Shown here one piece after another: positions 9,373 through 18,225 of a stretch of 64,000 nucleotides of DNA. The notes beneath the pieces were generated by a model. That model was not told the origin of the DNA, searched no databases, and saw only the letters and a program-made list of their open reading frames with translations. The first letter of the stretch is position 1. Every line of letters begins with the position of its first letter. Origin of the DNA: a virus (taxonomy: Duplodnaviria > Heunggongvirae > Uroviricota > Caudoviricetes); IMG/VR virus record IMGVR_UViG_3300015360_000028, positions 1 through 64,000 of that record; one strand, written 5' to 3'. A program made the position numbers and the translations under genes.

Positions 9373-9729
9373 ATGACAAAGATTTGTATTTGGCACTTTC
9401 CACGTGATAGCGGCGGTGGCTCAGCTTCAGTTTATATTCGTGCAACAGAAGATGAAGCTAAAGATGCCGGCGCAAACTTCGAACGCGCCGGCCAAGGATG
9501 GTATTCAGGCGAAGCCTCATACGATGATATCCAAATTCGAAGTAATTCCATAATGGATCTATACGTTCAATGCCGGTTGCGTAACACCGTAACCAAAGGA
9601 ATTCATGAAGCATGGATTAAAGAAGAATTAGCTATCAAAGACAAAATCGTTTCATTTAAAGATGAAGACGGTTTCTTTGAAGTTTTTGAAGTATATCCTA
9701 GCAAAGCAAAATGGGCCGACCATAAATGA
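9373..9729 (+). CDS. hypothetical protein
   Basis: 118-aa ORF starting right after the tRNA-like element. Confidence 0.4.
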   Translation: MTKICIWHFPRDSGGGSASVYIRATEDEAKDAGANFERAGQGWYSGEASYDDIQIRSNSIMDLYVQCRLRNTVTKGIHEAWIKEELAIKDKIVSFKDEDGFFEVFEVYPSKAKWADHK

Positions 9730-9866
9730 AAGAAGCACACAAGAAAAGCAAGTGACATCTAACTGAAATCATTTAAGAATTCGTGTTTAATATTGATTTA
9801 ATTTGAAACATATGTTAAACATGCTTTTGTAGGTAAGTTAAACCTAAATCATGGAGAACGAATAAT

Positions 9867-10730
9867 ATGAAACGACTTAGCATTATGAGCGCGATGGCCT
9901 TTTTGGCTATGGGCTCGGTGGCCGCAATGGCCGAAACGCCTTCTGCTAATTTCTGCACTGGTGGTGCAAAAGGCAATTATTATTTCGCTGGCATGGCCGT
10001 TGGCCGTGCAACCGCCGGCACACTTAATATCAACGTCATTGAAACGCAAGGTTCCATTGACAACCTGAAACGTATGGAACGTGGTGAATGCGACGTTGCA
10101 ATCGTTCAAGAAGATGCCTTGAACATTTTCAAAGCAGACAACCCAGGCACGACACTTTCAATTGAACCCCTCACGGCAATCTACAAGGAATACGCACACC
10201 TCGTTTGCAGCAAGGAAATGGGCATTGACTCAATCACCGAGCTCGCGAAGGGCAACAAGGTTCTCGTTGGACCTCTCGGCGGCGGCTCCTATGTGACGTG
10301 GCGTGGCTTCATTGCTGCAGACAAGGACTACGGTCTGATCTCAACCGGGCCTGAAACAGGTGCACGTGCTTTGTTGAAGATCAAAGGCGGAACTGATGCC
10401 CAGTGCATGATGTTCGTCTCCGGTCTGAATTCGGCGCCAATCAAGGAACTCGATCGTAACAGCGATGACAAACTGACATTGGTTGAAATCGATGACGGCA
10501 CGTTGGACAACCTGAAGAACGAAAAAGGCGAAAAAGTTTATCAGTTCGCCAAGATCCCTGCCAAGATATATCCAAACATCGGCGGCGGCAGCGCCTGGGA
10601 TACGGTTACGGTTAACGCCGTGATCGTTGTGAATTCCGACTGGATTGCAAACAACGAATCGGCATTCAATACACTCGCCGAAGGTTTGATTGCTTCAACC
10701 AACGACATTCTGACCCATGTCGGCCAGTAA
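9867..10730 (+). CDS. periplasmic substrate-binding protein, TAXI-family-like (TRAP solute receptor)
   Basis: Signal peptide, then CTGGAKGNYYFAGMAVGRA, which resembles the TAXI TGGxxGxYYxxG motif. Confidence 0.45.
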   Translation: MKRLSIMSAMAFLAMGSVAAMAETPSANFCTGGAKGNYYFAGMAVGRATAGTLNINVIETQGSIDNLKRMERGECDVAIVQEDALNIFKADNPGTTLSIEPLTAIYKEYAHLVCSKEMGIDSITELAKGNKVLVGPLGGGSYVTWRGFIAADKDYGLISTGPETGARALLKIKGGTDAQCMMFVSGLNSAPIKELDRNSDDKLTLVEIDDGTLDNLKNEKGEKVYQFAKIPAKIYPNIGGGSAWDTVTVNAVIVVNSDWIANNESAFNTLAEGLIASTNDILTHVGQ

Positions 10731-10790
10731 TCAACGATTTTAGGAAGGGCAAATGATTGCCCTTCCCATTCTTTTTACAGGATAAACAAA

Positions 10791-11696
10791 ATGAATCCCT
10801 TTGTGAAATATGGTATTTACGCCGTGTCAGCACTGGCACTGCTTGCAGTGGTTTCTGGCTGCTTCTACACAATTGATGAAGGTGAGCGTGGTGTTGTTCT
10901 TCGCTTCTCGTCCTTCCAAAAAGTTGCTGAACCAGGTTTGGGAGTTAAGATTCCATTCATCGAGCGTGTTCAACGTGTTTCAATTCGCGAGCATGTTGTT
11001 CGCTATGGATCTGAACAAGATCCAAAAACAGATCTCCAATCTTATTCTTTTGACCAGCAACCAGCCGGCATCCGTGTATCGGTGAACTACACAGTTCCCG
11101 CCGGCAAAGTTGAAGAAGTCTACAGGAAATTCAGAACCGTCGAGAACATGGAAGCGACAATTTTGTCGACAAGAATTCTCAAGGCAACCAAAGAAGTGTT
11201 CGGCCGTTATACTGCAACGAAGGCAATTCAAGATCGTACCAAGTTAGGTGCCGACATTACTGAAAGGCTCCAAGAACTCGTCGGCGACGAGCCTATTGTA
11301 ATCATTGCCATCCAGGCTGAAAACGTTGACTTCTCTGGACCATACGAAGAATCAATCGAAGCCCGCATGCAAGCCGAAATTGAAGTGCAGAAGATTACCC
11401 AAAATGCACTTGGTGAAAAAGTGAAGGCTCAAATCACAGTTATACAAGCGCAAGCGGCGGCAGATGCCGTCGTGGCCGGCGCAAAAGCATCGGCAGAATC
11501 TACAAGGCTCAAAGGTGATGCAGAAGCATCAGCAATTCGCGCCAAGGGATTGGCACTGGCCGACAACCCAGCACTTGTAGCACTTGTGTCGGCCGAAAAA
11601 TGGAACGGTGTATTGCCAACGACAATGATACCGTCGTCGGTTGTTCCATTCGTAGACGTCTCGAAGAAAGAGTTGGCATTGCCAGCTAAGGAATAA
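10791..11696 (+). CDS. SPFH/band-7 (stomatin/prohibitin/HflKC) domain protein
   Basis: N-terminal TM helix, then YTIDEGERGVVLRFSSFQKVAEPGLGVKIPFIERV (SPFH core). C-terminal Ala-rich coiled coil. Confidence 0.7.
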   Translation: MNPFVKYGIYAVSALALLAVVSGCFYTIDEGERGVVLRFSSFQKVAEPGLGVKIPFIERVQRVSIREHVVRYGSEQDPKTDLQSYSFDQQPAGIRVSVNYTVPAGKVEEVYRKFRTVENMEATILSTRILKATKEVFGRYTATKAIQDRTKLGADITERLQELVGDEPIVIIAIQAENVDFSGPYEESIEARMQAEIEVQKITQNALGEKVKAQITVIQAQAAADAVVAGAKASAESTRLKGDAEASAIRAKGLALADNPALVALVSAEKWNGVLPTTMIPSSVVPFVDVSKKELALPAKE

Positions 11697-11903
11697 AATG
11701 ACAAACAGACCATGGCGGGACTGTTGTGGTGGTGTCTGTTGGTTTGAACCACAGTTTTGGAAGTATTTGGAAGAAGGACCAGAATAATGTTGAAGACATC
11801 TTTGATACTTGCCATCTCGGCTTTTGTTTTATTTGTTCTGCTCCCATTGTCTACAAAACTAGTCGTGAAACCTTACACAGTAACGAACGAAGAGGAATAG
11901 AAT

Positions 11904-12239
11904 ATGAAGAAGTATCTAGCTATTGCCGCGGCCATTGCGTTGATTTACATCGCAAAGACACCGATCTTCTATTACTCCACGATTGATAACAAAATTATCA
12001 CCGTAAAGCAGGCCGATAGGATTGTGACAACAGACATGACGTCCTCGAAATATCTGGTCTGGGATCAAGAAGGCAATACCTACGAGAATACAGACACTGT
12101 CTGGTTCTTGAAGTGGAACTCAAGCGACGTTCAGGGGCAGATGCTCCAGGGCAAAAAAGTGAATATTAAAACCTCTGGTATTCGGTTCACTTGGTTGTCG
12201 TGGTATCCAAACATCATCACTGCATTCCCTGCAGAGTAA
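11904..12239 (+). CDS. hypothetical secreted/membrane-anchored protein
   Basis: 111 aa with N-terminal hydrophobic signal. Confidence 0.4.
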   Translation: MKKYLAIAAAIALIYIAKTPIFYYSTIDNKIITVKQADRIVTTDMTSSKYLVWDQEGNTYENTDTVWFLKWNSSDVQGQMLQGKKVNIKTSGIRFTWLSWYPNIITAFPAE

Positions 12240-12242
12240 ATA

Positions 12243-12635
12243 ATGACGCACGATATTGGCTCCGGAACCTGGACTCGGCTCCGGAGCATGAAGCCCTATT
12301 TTATGCGAGCCCAGAAGTCGAAGTGCTTACATTGCCAGAAGATGATGAAGGAAATTCCCCCACAGGTTAGACGGGTCAAATCTTCTCATGCGACCTATGA
12401 TCATATCATTCCTTTCTCTTTCATTCCTTATGGAACTCGTTTAGCTGGAAAGAAAAGAGTTGCTATGAGCAACGTCTTTCTTGCATGTAGAAAGTGCAAC
12501 AACGATCGGGGGAATCTGCTATTGGAAGAACTCTACAAATGTCCCAAGAAATACGAATCTTTCTTGAAAGAATTACAAGCCATCCATAAGCAAGTCTTTG
12601 AGGAATACTATTCTTTATATTCTAAAAGGTTGTAA
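12243..12635 (+). CDS. HNH endonuclease
   Basis: CxxC ... HATYDHIIP ... CRKCNNDRGN, an HNH motif with zinc-binding cysteines. Confidence 0.7.
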   Translation: MTHDIGSGTWTRLRSMKPYFMRAQKSKCLHCQKMMKEIPPQVRRVKSSHATYDHIIPFSFIPYGTRLAGKKRVAMSNVFLACRKCNNDRGNLLLEELYKCPKKYESFLKELQAIHKQVFEEYYSLYSKRL

Positions 12636-12660
12636 TTCCTCATGATCTATGTTATAAATA
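12630..12660 (+). promoter_or_regulatory. promoter TTGTAA-N17-TATAAATA upstream of tRNA-Met/Gln
   Basis: ttgtaa at 12630-12635, tataaata at 12653-12660. Confidence 0.45.
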
Positions 12661-12672
12661 ATGAGTTATTAA

Positions 12673-12748
12673 GGCGCCATATTTCAATGGTCAGAATGAC
12701 GGTCTCATAAGCCGTAGACGGTAGGTTCAACTCCTCCTGGCGCTACCA
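12673..12748 (+). tRNA. tRNA-Met (anticodon CAT; could be Ile-lysidine type)
   Basis: Acceptor ggcgcca/tggcgct. Anticodon stem acggt/gccgt with loop ctCATaa. T-loop ttcaact. CCA. Confidence 0.75.
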
Positions 12749-12753
12749 ATTAT

Positions 12754-12827
12754 TCTGGGTTCTTCTAGCGGTAAGAACATGGACTCTGAATCCATTAACC
12801 TAGGTTCGAATCCTAGACCCAGATCCA
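12754..12827 (+). tRNA. tRNA-Gln (anticodon CTG)
   Basis: Acceptor tctgggt/acccaga. D-stem ttct/agaa. Anticodon stem atgga/tccat with loop ctCTGaa. T-arm ggttcgaatcc. CCA. Confidence 0.8.
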
Positions 12828-13013
12828 ATTTGAAAGACGTGCTGTGCATTACTCTGAGTTCTTATTTGAAATGAATCGCCTACAAGACTGGGAATGGAAA
12901 GGACTCAATAAGGTATGGGACGCGCCCAATCCGTGGGTATTCATGCTGAGAAGCACAAGAAATTATCCAAAAATTTGATAGACGATTTTGGCCATTAGCG
13001 ATGAAGGTAGAAT

Positions 13014-13490
13014 ATGTTACGTGCCGGTGAAAAAGTTTATACTCCCCTCCTCTGGACTGACGAAGCCCATTTTGAAAGATTAGCTGTCACAGAAGAAAAC
13101 AAAGATGGATCCATCTCAGGCGAGTTGAGAGAAAAGATTCTCAATGCCAAAACTCCCGACGCAAAATACAAAATCACCCCTCAAAAAATCAAATACATGA
13201 ACTTCCCCTATGAAGGTCTTGTCATAACTTCGACAATTATTGAAGCTCTTTACGACTTTCGTCAAGAGAGAATTACTAAATATGAACATGATATGGCCCC
13301 TGAAATTGTGGCACGGGCGCAATTGAAACTTGTAATGGAAAATGAAACCTCAAGGGCATCTCGTTATTACACCAAAGAAGAGGCACAAGCTAAGGCTGAT
13401 ATGCTTTTCAAAAATGCTAAATCGTCATGGAATTATCGACATCGTGAACTTGAAAAAGATGGTTGGAAACAGGTCGAGGTGAAGGTATGA
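13014..13490 (+). CDS. hypothetical protein
   Basis: 158-aa ORF. Confidence 0.4.
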   Translation: MLRAGEKVYTPLLWTDEAHFERLAVTEENKDGSISGELREKILNAKTPDAKYKITPQKIKYMNFPYEGLVITSTIIEALYDFRQERITKYEHDMAPEIVARAQLKLVMENETSRASRYYTKEEAQAKADMLFKNAKSSWNYRHRELEKDGWKQVEVKV

Positions 13491-13515
13491 TAGAATTCGT
13501 TTGGGTTCTTAATGT

Positions 13516-13749
13516 TTGTTTTGGGTTCCCAAAGGCTCGTTATGCCCTATCACCTTGTTTGAGTATGGCAGAGAGTTGACACTGTCTATGGATAATCATA
13601 GCATGAAAGATGTTTTTGTTGGTTGTGACCCGGAATATCCTAGGGTATTCGATGTGAAATTTCAAACAAAACTAATCGCAAGAAATGGGGTAAAAGTTCA
13701 CGACTCTTTAGATGATTTAATTGATGAGGTCTTGGATGAATACCGATAA
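13516..13749 (+). CDS. hypothetical protein
   Basis: 77-aa ORF. Confidence 0.3.
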   Translation: MFWVPKGSLCPITLFEYGRELTLSMDNHSMKDVFVGCDPEYPRVFDVKFQTKLIARNGVKVHDSLDDLIDEVLDEYR

Positions 13750-13766
13750 TAGAAGAGAACTACTAA

Positions 13767-14003
13767 ATGCCCAGAAAGAAGGCTCCTATAAAAATGAAGG
13801 CAACGAAAATAGATAATCCTCAAGTTTACGAAGGTTATATGCCACATGTCATTGGTGAAAAGGTTAGAATGAACAGAGGTGGTCCAGTTTGTATAGTGTT
13901 AGATTTCGATGGACACAGTAAAGATTTGGTTATTGGTGATGGTAATGATGAATTTCTAGTTCATGGAATTATGATTCACCGTGTCGCAGATGAGGATGCA
14001 TGA
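13767..14003 (+). CDS. hypothetical protein
   Basis: 78-aa ORF; stop overlaps the start of thyX. Confidence 0.35.
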   Translation: MPRKKAPIKMKATKIDNPQVYEGYMPHVIGEKVRMNRGGPVCIVLDFDGHSKDLVIGDGNDEFLVHGIMIHRVADEDA

Positions 14004-14695
14004 AAGTAGATTTTGTAGATAAGATGGGCAGCGATCTCACAGTTGTGAACGCAGCCAGAGTGAGTTTCAATAAAGAATCCCATTTCCAACACGACGGAGC
14101 ATTATCCGAAAAAGATATTAAGTTGATCAATTTTCTCGGCAGAGAAAAACATTGGACGCCTTTCGCAAGCGTCATTATCCAGTTGCGAATTAAGGCGCCG
14201 ATTTTTGTTGCTAGACAACTAGACAAGCATCAGACAGGAGCAGTAAAAAATGAGGTTTCACGAAGATACGTTGACTACACTCCAGAATTTTACTTTCCTG
14301 AAAAATGGCGTGGAAGACCCGTTGACAAGAAACAAGGTTCATCAGATGTGTTTATCGATTACCTTGAAACACCCAACATGCAATCTTTTAACGGAACAAG
14401 AAAATCTCCAATAGATGCGGTTGTAAGAACTGCCGTAACAGGGATGCTTATACTTTACGAAAACATGATCAAGAGTGGAGTTGCCCCTGAGCAGGCAAGA
14501 ATGATATTGCCACAGAACATGATGACTGAATGGTATTGGACAGGGTCGTTAGCGTTCTTCGCTAGAGCTGCGTCTCTTCGTGCAAAAGGCGGAACTGCTC
14601 AAGAAGAAACGGCAGAAGTCGCCGAAAAGATTTCGAAGGTTTGCGCCGAGCATTTTCCAGTCTCTTGGCCAGCAGCATTAGGACTCTATAAATGA
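14000..14695 (+). CDS. thyX: flavin-dependent thymidylate synthase ThyX-like, with altered RHR motif
   Basis: KAPIFVARQ ... EVSRRY ... EFYFP lines up with the ThyX core. The canonical RHR-X7-S reads KHQ-X8-S here. Confidence 0.6.
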   Translation: MKVDFVDKMGSDLTVVNAARVSFNKESHFQHDGALSEKDIKLINFLGREKHWTPFASVIIQLRIKAPIFVARQLDKHQTGAVKNEVSRRYVDYTPEFYFPEKWRGRPVDKKQGSSDVFIDYLETPNMQSFNGTRKSPIDAVVRTAVTGMLILYENMIKSGVAPEQARMILPQNMMTEWYWTGSLAFFARAASLRAKGGTAQEETAEVAEKISKVCAEHFPVSWPAALGLYK

Positions 14696-15006
14696 TAGAA
14701 GAAGTTTATATCTGCGAATGCGGATTACCTGAACACCAATTACAGTTTCGTTATGATCCAGACGAGAAGACATGCTACGTCATCTATCATATGACGAAGA
14801 TGACATTTTGGAGACGTTTGAAATATCTCTTTGGTTATCAATCATACTACGGCGCCTTTGAAGAAATCTTGTTGACACAAGAAGATATGCAGCATATGCT
14901 CAATTGCTTTGGCAGAGTCATAAACAATTTGCCACCTAAGCGGGGTGTTGTTCTTACAGAATACGAGGATGACTTCCCAGCATTAAAATCGACGGAGAAG
15001 CATTGA
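14692..15006 (+). CDS. hypothetical protein
   Basis: 104 aa, coupled to thyX. Confidence 0.4.
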   Translation: MIEEVYICECGLPEHQLQFRYDPDEKTCYVIYHMTKMTFWRRLKYLFGYQSYYGAFEEILLTQEDMQHMLNCFGRVINNLPPKRGVVLTEYEDDFPALKSTEKH

Positions 15007-15039
15007 GTTATTGAGTTTAATCTTATTTCAAGTTATAAC

Positions 15040-15657
15040 TTGGGTATGAATATACACCTAACATCAGACCAGCACTTCTTCCACGGCAAAATCATTTCAA
15101 TGTGTGATCGCCCAGTCGAAGGTTATGATGAAAACAAAGAAATATTTAAGATCAAAGGTCCATTGCCACCTGATCTGAAAGCAAAGCGTTACGAGATCGC
15201 ACTCAATATGAATGAGATGCTGATTGAGAATCACAACAAACAGGTTTCAAAGAAAGACACTGTTTACTTCGTTGGTGATTTCGCTTGGCAGTTCAAACAC
15301 AAGAGAGAGGTCAAAGAAGTCTTTGATAGACTGAATGGCATCAAGCATCTCATCGTTGGCAACCACGACGACAGAGAAGTTCGTGATCTCAAATGGAAAT
15401 CAATCTCAGAATACAAGGTAATCAACGTGAATAAACGTCAGATTGTTCTTTTCCATTATCCAATGGTAGAACATGAAGGTTATTTCCATGGAGCAGGGCA
15501 TGCTTTTGGTCATGTTCATTCGTCGCAGAAGCGCGCATTCAATACATCGAACAAGCTGTCTTATGATGTTGGTGTCGATAACAATGATATGCGTCCTATC
15601 TCGGTTGAAGAGTTTCTAACAAAAATACCTTTACTTCCTGAACGGAAAGTGTTATAA
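15040..15657 (+). CDS. calcineurin-like metallophosphoesterase
   Basis: Motifs HLTSDQHF, VGDF and GNHDD. Confidence 0.6.
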   Translation: MGMNIHLTSDQHFFHGKIISMCDRPVEGYDENKEIFKIKGPLPPDLKAKRYEIALNMNEMLIENHNKQVSKKDTVYFVGDFAWQFKHKREVKEVFDRLNGIKHLIVGNHDDREVRDLKWKSISEYKVINVNKRQIVLFHYPMVEHEGYFHGAGHAFGHVHSSQKRAFNTSNKLSYDVGVDNNDMRPISVEEFLTKIPLLPERKVL

Positions 15658-15660
15658 ATA
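15630..15660 (+). promoter_or_regulatory. promoter TTTACT-N17-TATAAATA upstream of tRNA-Gly
   Basis: tttact at 15630-15635, tataaata at 15653-15660. Confidence 0.45.
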
Positions 15661-15667
15661 AGATTAT

Positions 15668-15742
15668 GCGGGCGTAGCTCAGTGGCAGAGTGTCAGCCTT
15701 CCAAGCTGTTCGTCGCGGGTTCGACTCCCGCCGCCCGCTCCA
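15668..15742 (+). tRNA. tRNA-Gly (anticodon TCC)
   Basis: Acceptor gcgggcg/cgcccgc. Loop ctTCCaa. T-arm gcgggttcgactcccgc. CCA. Confidence 0.85.
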
Positions 15743-15759
15743 AATCTTTTTACAGAAAG

Positions 15760-16014
15760 ATGGCCATGAAAATAAATCGTATCGAAGTAATTGACTGCCG
15801 TCCAGGCGAGTGGCCTGAAAGAGGTAGAGTATTTGTGTTGCATGGCAAAGATCTCAAAATGGTCCTCTCTGTTCAAGATGAAGGAGAAACTCTCAAAATT
15901 TTTGTTAATCCAGTCGAAGAAGGCCTTAAAACATGGATATTGAAGATCAAGTCAAAGTCATTGTGGCAGCGCTTAAAACTTCGAATATTGCCCCTCTCTG
16001 GGAACAACGAGTAA
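15760..16014 (+). CDS. hypothetical protein
   Basis: The track ORF 15682 begins inside tRNA-Gly, so the first ATG downstream of the tRNA is used. Confidence 0.3.
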   Translation: MAMKINRIEVIDCRPGEWPERGRVFVLHGKDLKMVLSVQDEGETLKIFVNPVEEGLKTWILKIKSKSLWQRLKLRILPLSGNNE

Positions 16015-16691
16015 AAGCATTTCATGGAGCGAATAAGCTCCGAGACTCTGTTGTTAAATCTTATTTCAACATCTTACTTGAAAACATAACGCTAATCCAT
16101 GAAGTCGCGCGGATTCCGTTTGTAACATTTCCCGTTGCCAATATGTCAGTGTTCTCTCAAGAGGTGAACGGTAAGTATCTAATGGGAACGCAGCGACCAG
16201 AAATCACAGAGTTTCTAATTAAGAACAAAGAAGGATATCTTCAAGACGCAGAAGTCTTGGATGTTGGCGTAGGATCACGTTTCTCGGCTATTGCCGCTTC
16301 TCGCATGATCGACAATTTCTTCACAACAGTTTGGCATCCCTATCAGAAGAAGGATAGGAAATATGCTGTTGAAATGGTCCTGAGTTTTATTTGGAACAAC
16401 TCAGTTGCATTGGTCGAGACAGACTATTTTGAGAATATCGATTTCAAGAAATATAAAATGATGATGATTACCCGCCACGAAAAAGACTATGAAGATGATT
16501 TTGTAGATCTGATCATTAACGCAAAGAAGCAGAATCTAAAGGTAATTTATTTCCCGCAAGACTTCTCCGATAACGCCCAACTCATTATAACCGAGGCAGG
16601 ATTAAAAGCAAGAAGAACGGGAAATTCTAATAAACTTCTTGACATCATGCAGACAATTCGTTATAAACCATATGAAATATGTGAGTTGTAA
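15933..16691 (+). CDS. hypothetical protein
   Basis: 252-aa ORF. Confidence 0.45.
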   Translation: MDIEDQVKVIVAALKTSNIAPLWEQRVKAFHGANKLRDSVVKSYFNILLENITLIHEVARIPFVTFPVANMSVFSQEVNGKYLMGTQRPEITEFLIKNKEGYLQDAEVLDVGVGSRFSAIAASRMIDNFFTTVWHPYQKKDRKYAVEMVLSFIWNNSVALVETDYFENIDFKKYKMMMITRHEKDYEDDFVDLIINAKKQNLKVIYFPQDFSDNAQLIITEAGLKARRTGNSNKLLDIMQTIRYKPYEICEL

Positions 16692-17051
16692 ATGAACGAG
16701 CCTGTTAAAAAACTGAAACCATGGGAAAAGAGGCCACTAGATGAGCCTGCTCCCAAGTTTCGGATTTTCCGCCATATTGTTGCGCGGTGGCAAGATATCG
16801 AAAAGACAATCCCAACCAATCCCCTCTATGTTTATAAGCTTCATCAAGCGGTTTATGACCAACGGAAGAAGTCAAAGTTGATTGGCTGGTTTGTAACCCC
16901 GGCAAATGTCGTTGTACCTTCTGAGGTCAATGAGCTCAAAGCTCTTGCTGGATTTAACGAACAAATCAACGACATGATGATGGCACTGACAATGCCAGTT
17001 CTAGACTCTATCAACGGTGAAATTATAATCATGGAGAAGATCGATGACTAA
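16692..17051 (+). CDS. hypothetical protein
   Basis: 119-aa ORF. Confidence 0.4.
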   Translation: MNEPVKKLKPWEKRPLDEPAPKFRIFRHIVARWQDIEKTIPTNPLYVYKLHQAVYDQRKKSKLIGWFVTPANVVVPSEVNELKALAGFNEQINDMMMALTMPVLDSINGEIIIMEKIDD

Positions 17052-17352
17052 GAAAAAAGCAGTTACCAAGAAGTCTGTGAAGAAGGCAGTCAAGAAGGCG
17101 GGGCGGGCACGTGGAATTGTTCTCATTCGCAAATCGAAGGCCGCTACAGTTCCGGCGCCTAAGTTCAAAACTGGTGAAGCGGTAATTTATACCGTCAAAG
17201 AATCTCGTGGCGAAGTCGCCAGCCGTGTTCGTGGATGGCCGAAGTGGGAAGCAGAAGCAAATCAATGGCGGTATGATCTCCTCTGGCAACACGACGGAGA
17301 TGCCATCCGTTACAACGTTCCTGAACTCGCACTGGCTAAGACCGCCGCCTAA
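17044..17352 (+). CDS. lysine-rich histone-H1-like DNA-binding protein
   Basis: N-terminus MTKKKAVTKKSVKKAVKKAGRARG, then a small globular domain. Confidence 0.45.
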   Translation: MTKKKAVTKKSVKKAVKKAGRARGIVLIRKSKAATVPAPKFKTGEAVIYTVKESRGEVASRVRGWPKWEAEANQWRYDLLWQHDGDAIRYNVPELALAKTAA

Positions 17353-17364
17353 CCGGAGAAGACA

Positions 17365-17865
17365 ATGGCCGATAATGTTGGAATACCAGACCCAGTCCTT
17401 TACGTTTGCGTAAGGCCGCTGAAGTCTATGAACAATGGTAAAGCACAGGCGCACTCCGGCCATGCATCCTGTGCTTTTCTCTTTAAGGCAATGACAGAAC
17501 ACAAGTCACACAATTCTCCTGGCAAATGGATTTCTTCCACCTCACAAGGTTTTGGGACGCAGGTAAATCTCAAGGCGCCATCAGATGAAGCATGGCTGGA
17601 ATTTGTTAAGGAACAAGAAGAGAAAGAATCAGCCAGATATATGTTCGATGTTATCATCGATCCAACCTATCCTTATATCGTTTCTGATGAAATGAAGGAT
17701 CTCATCGATCCTGATAAACATTCACTGCCGCCTAGGTTCAATCCAAAGAAGAACGAATGGATGTGTTTCAGGCCTGCTCCTACGGCATTCTACATTTTTG
17801 ACAACTGCATGGATACGACAGTGAAGGATCTCTTGAAAAAGAATAATTTTATCCTCCATCCATGA
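17365..17865 (+). CDS. peptidyl-tRNA hydrolase PTH2-like protein
   Basis: LYVCVRPLKSMNNGKAQAHSGHASCAF resembles the PTH2 core VVRxDLxMGKGKIAAQCSHA. Confidence 0.45.
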   Translation: MADNVGIPDPVLYVCVRPLKSMNNGKAQAHSGHASCAFLFKAMTEHKSHNSPGKWISSTSQGFGTQVNLKAPSDEAWLEFVKEQEEKESARYMFDVIIDPTYPYIVSDEMKDLIDPDKHSLPPRFNPKKNEWMCFRPAPTAFYIFDNCMDTTVKDLLKKNNFILHP

Positions 17866-17882
17866 AAAAATAAAATGAGTTG

Positions 17883-17913
17883 TTGAATAAATTCCGTGGT
17901 TTTGTTATAAATA
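17883..17913 (+). promoter_or_regulatory. promoter TTGAAT-N17-TATAAATA bracketed by an 8-bp inverted repeat
   Basis: tataaata at 17906-17913. attccgtg (17891-17898) and cacggaat (17918-17925) form a perfect inverted repeat around the -10 element. Confidence 0.45.
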
Positions 17914-17932
17914 ATGACACGGAATTTTAATT

Positions 17933-18034
17933 GCTTCTATAGTTTAACGGTAAAACCCCGGGCTTATACTCCGGACCGAAAGGGTTTCTCTAGATTGGAG
18001 AGCGTTCTGAGTTCGAATCTCAGTGGAAGCACCA
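17933..18034 (+). tRNA. aberrant type-II-like tRNA (anticodon loop cTTATAc, TAT/Ile2-like) with about 32-nt extra arm
   Basis: Acceptor gcttcta/tggaagc. D-stem gttt/aaac. Anticodon stem ccggg/tccgg. T-arm ctgagttcgaatctcag. CCA. The variable region is 32 nt. Confidence 0.45.
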
Positions 18035-18041
18035 AGAATAT

Positions 18042-18116
18042 CCTGGGTTAGTTTAGCGGCCAGAACGATGGACTTTCACTCCATTAGCAGGGGTTCGATT
18101 CCCCTACTCAGGACCA
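18042..18116 (+). tRNA. tRNA-Glu (anticodon TTC)
   Basis: Acceptor cctgggt/actcagg. Anticodon stem atgga/tccat with loop ctTTCac. T-arm caggggttcgattcccct. CCA. Confidence 0.8.
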
Positions 18117-18225
18117 AAGATGCATAGGTTTAGATCCGATGATTTTCATTCCTATTTGATAGGTGTTTAAATGAGATCGGAAGAGATGTTAGGCGGGAGC
18201 GGGGCCGTAACTTCAGAAAGTTTAA

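Noticed and set aside
9205-9445. Minus-strand ORFs 9205..9396 and 9260..9445 overlapping the tRNA-Lys-like element and leader
   Set aside because: Antisense to the tRNA-like gene and promoter, with mutually overlapping frames and no RBS. Judged spurious.
17029-17657. Minus-strand ORFs 17029..17502 and 17400..17657 opposite the histone-like and PTH2-like genes
   Set aside because: Antisense to two plus-strand ORFs that have recognisable motifs and sit in a plus-strand run of coupled genes. Judged spurious.
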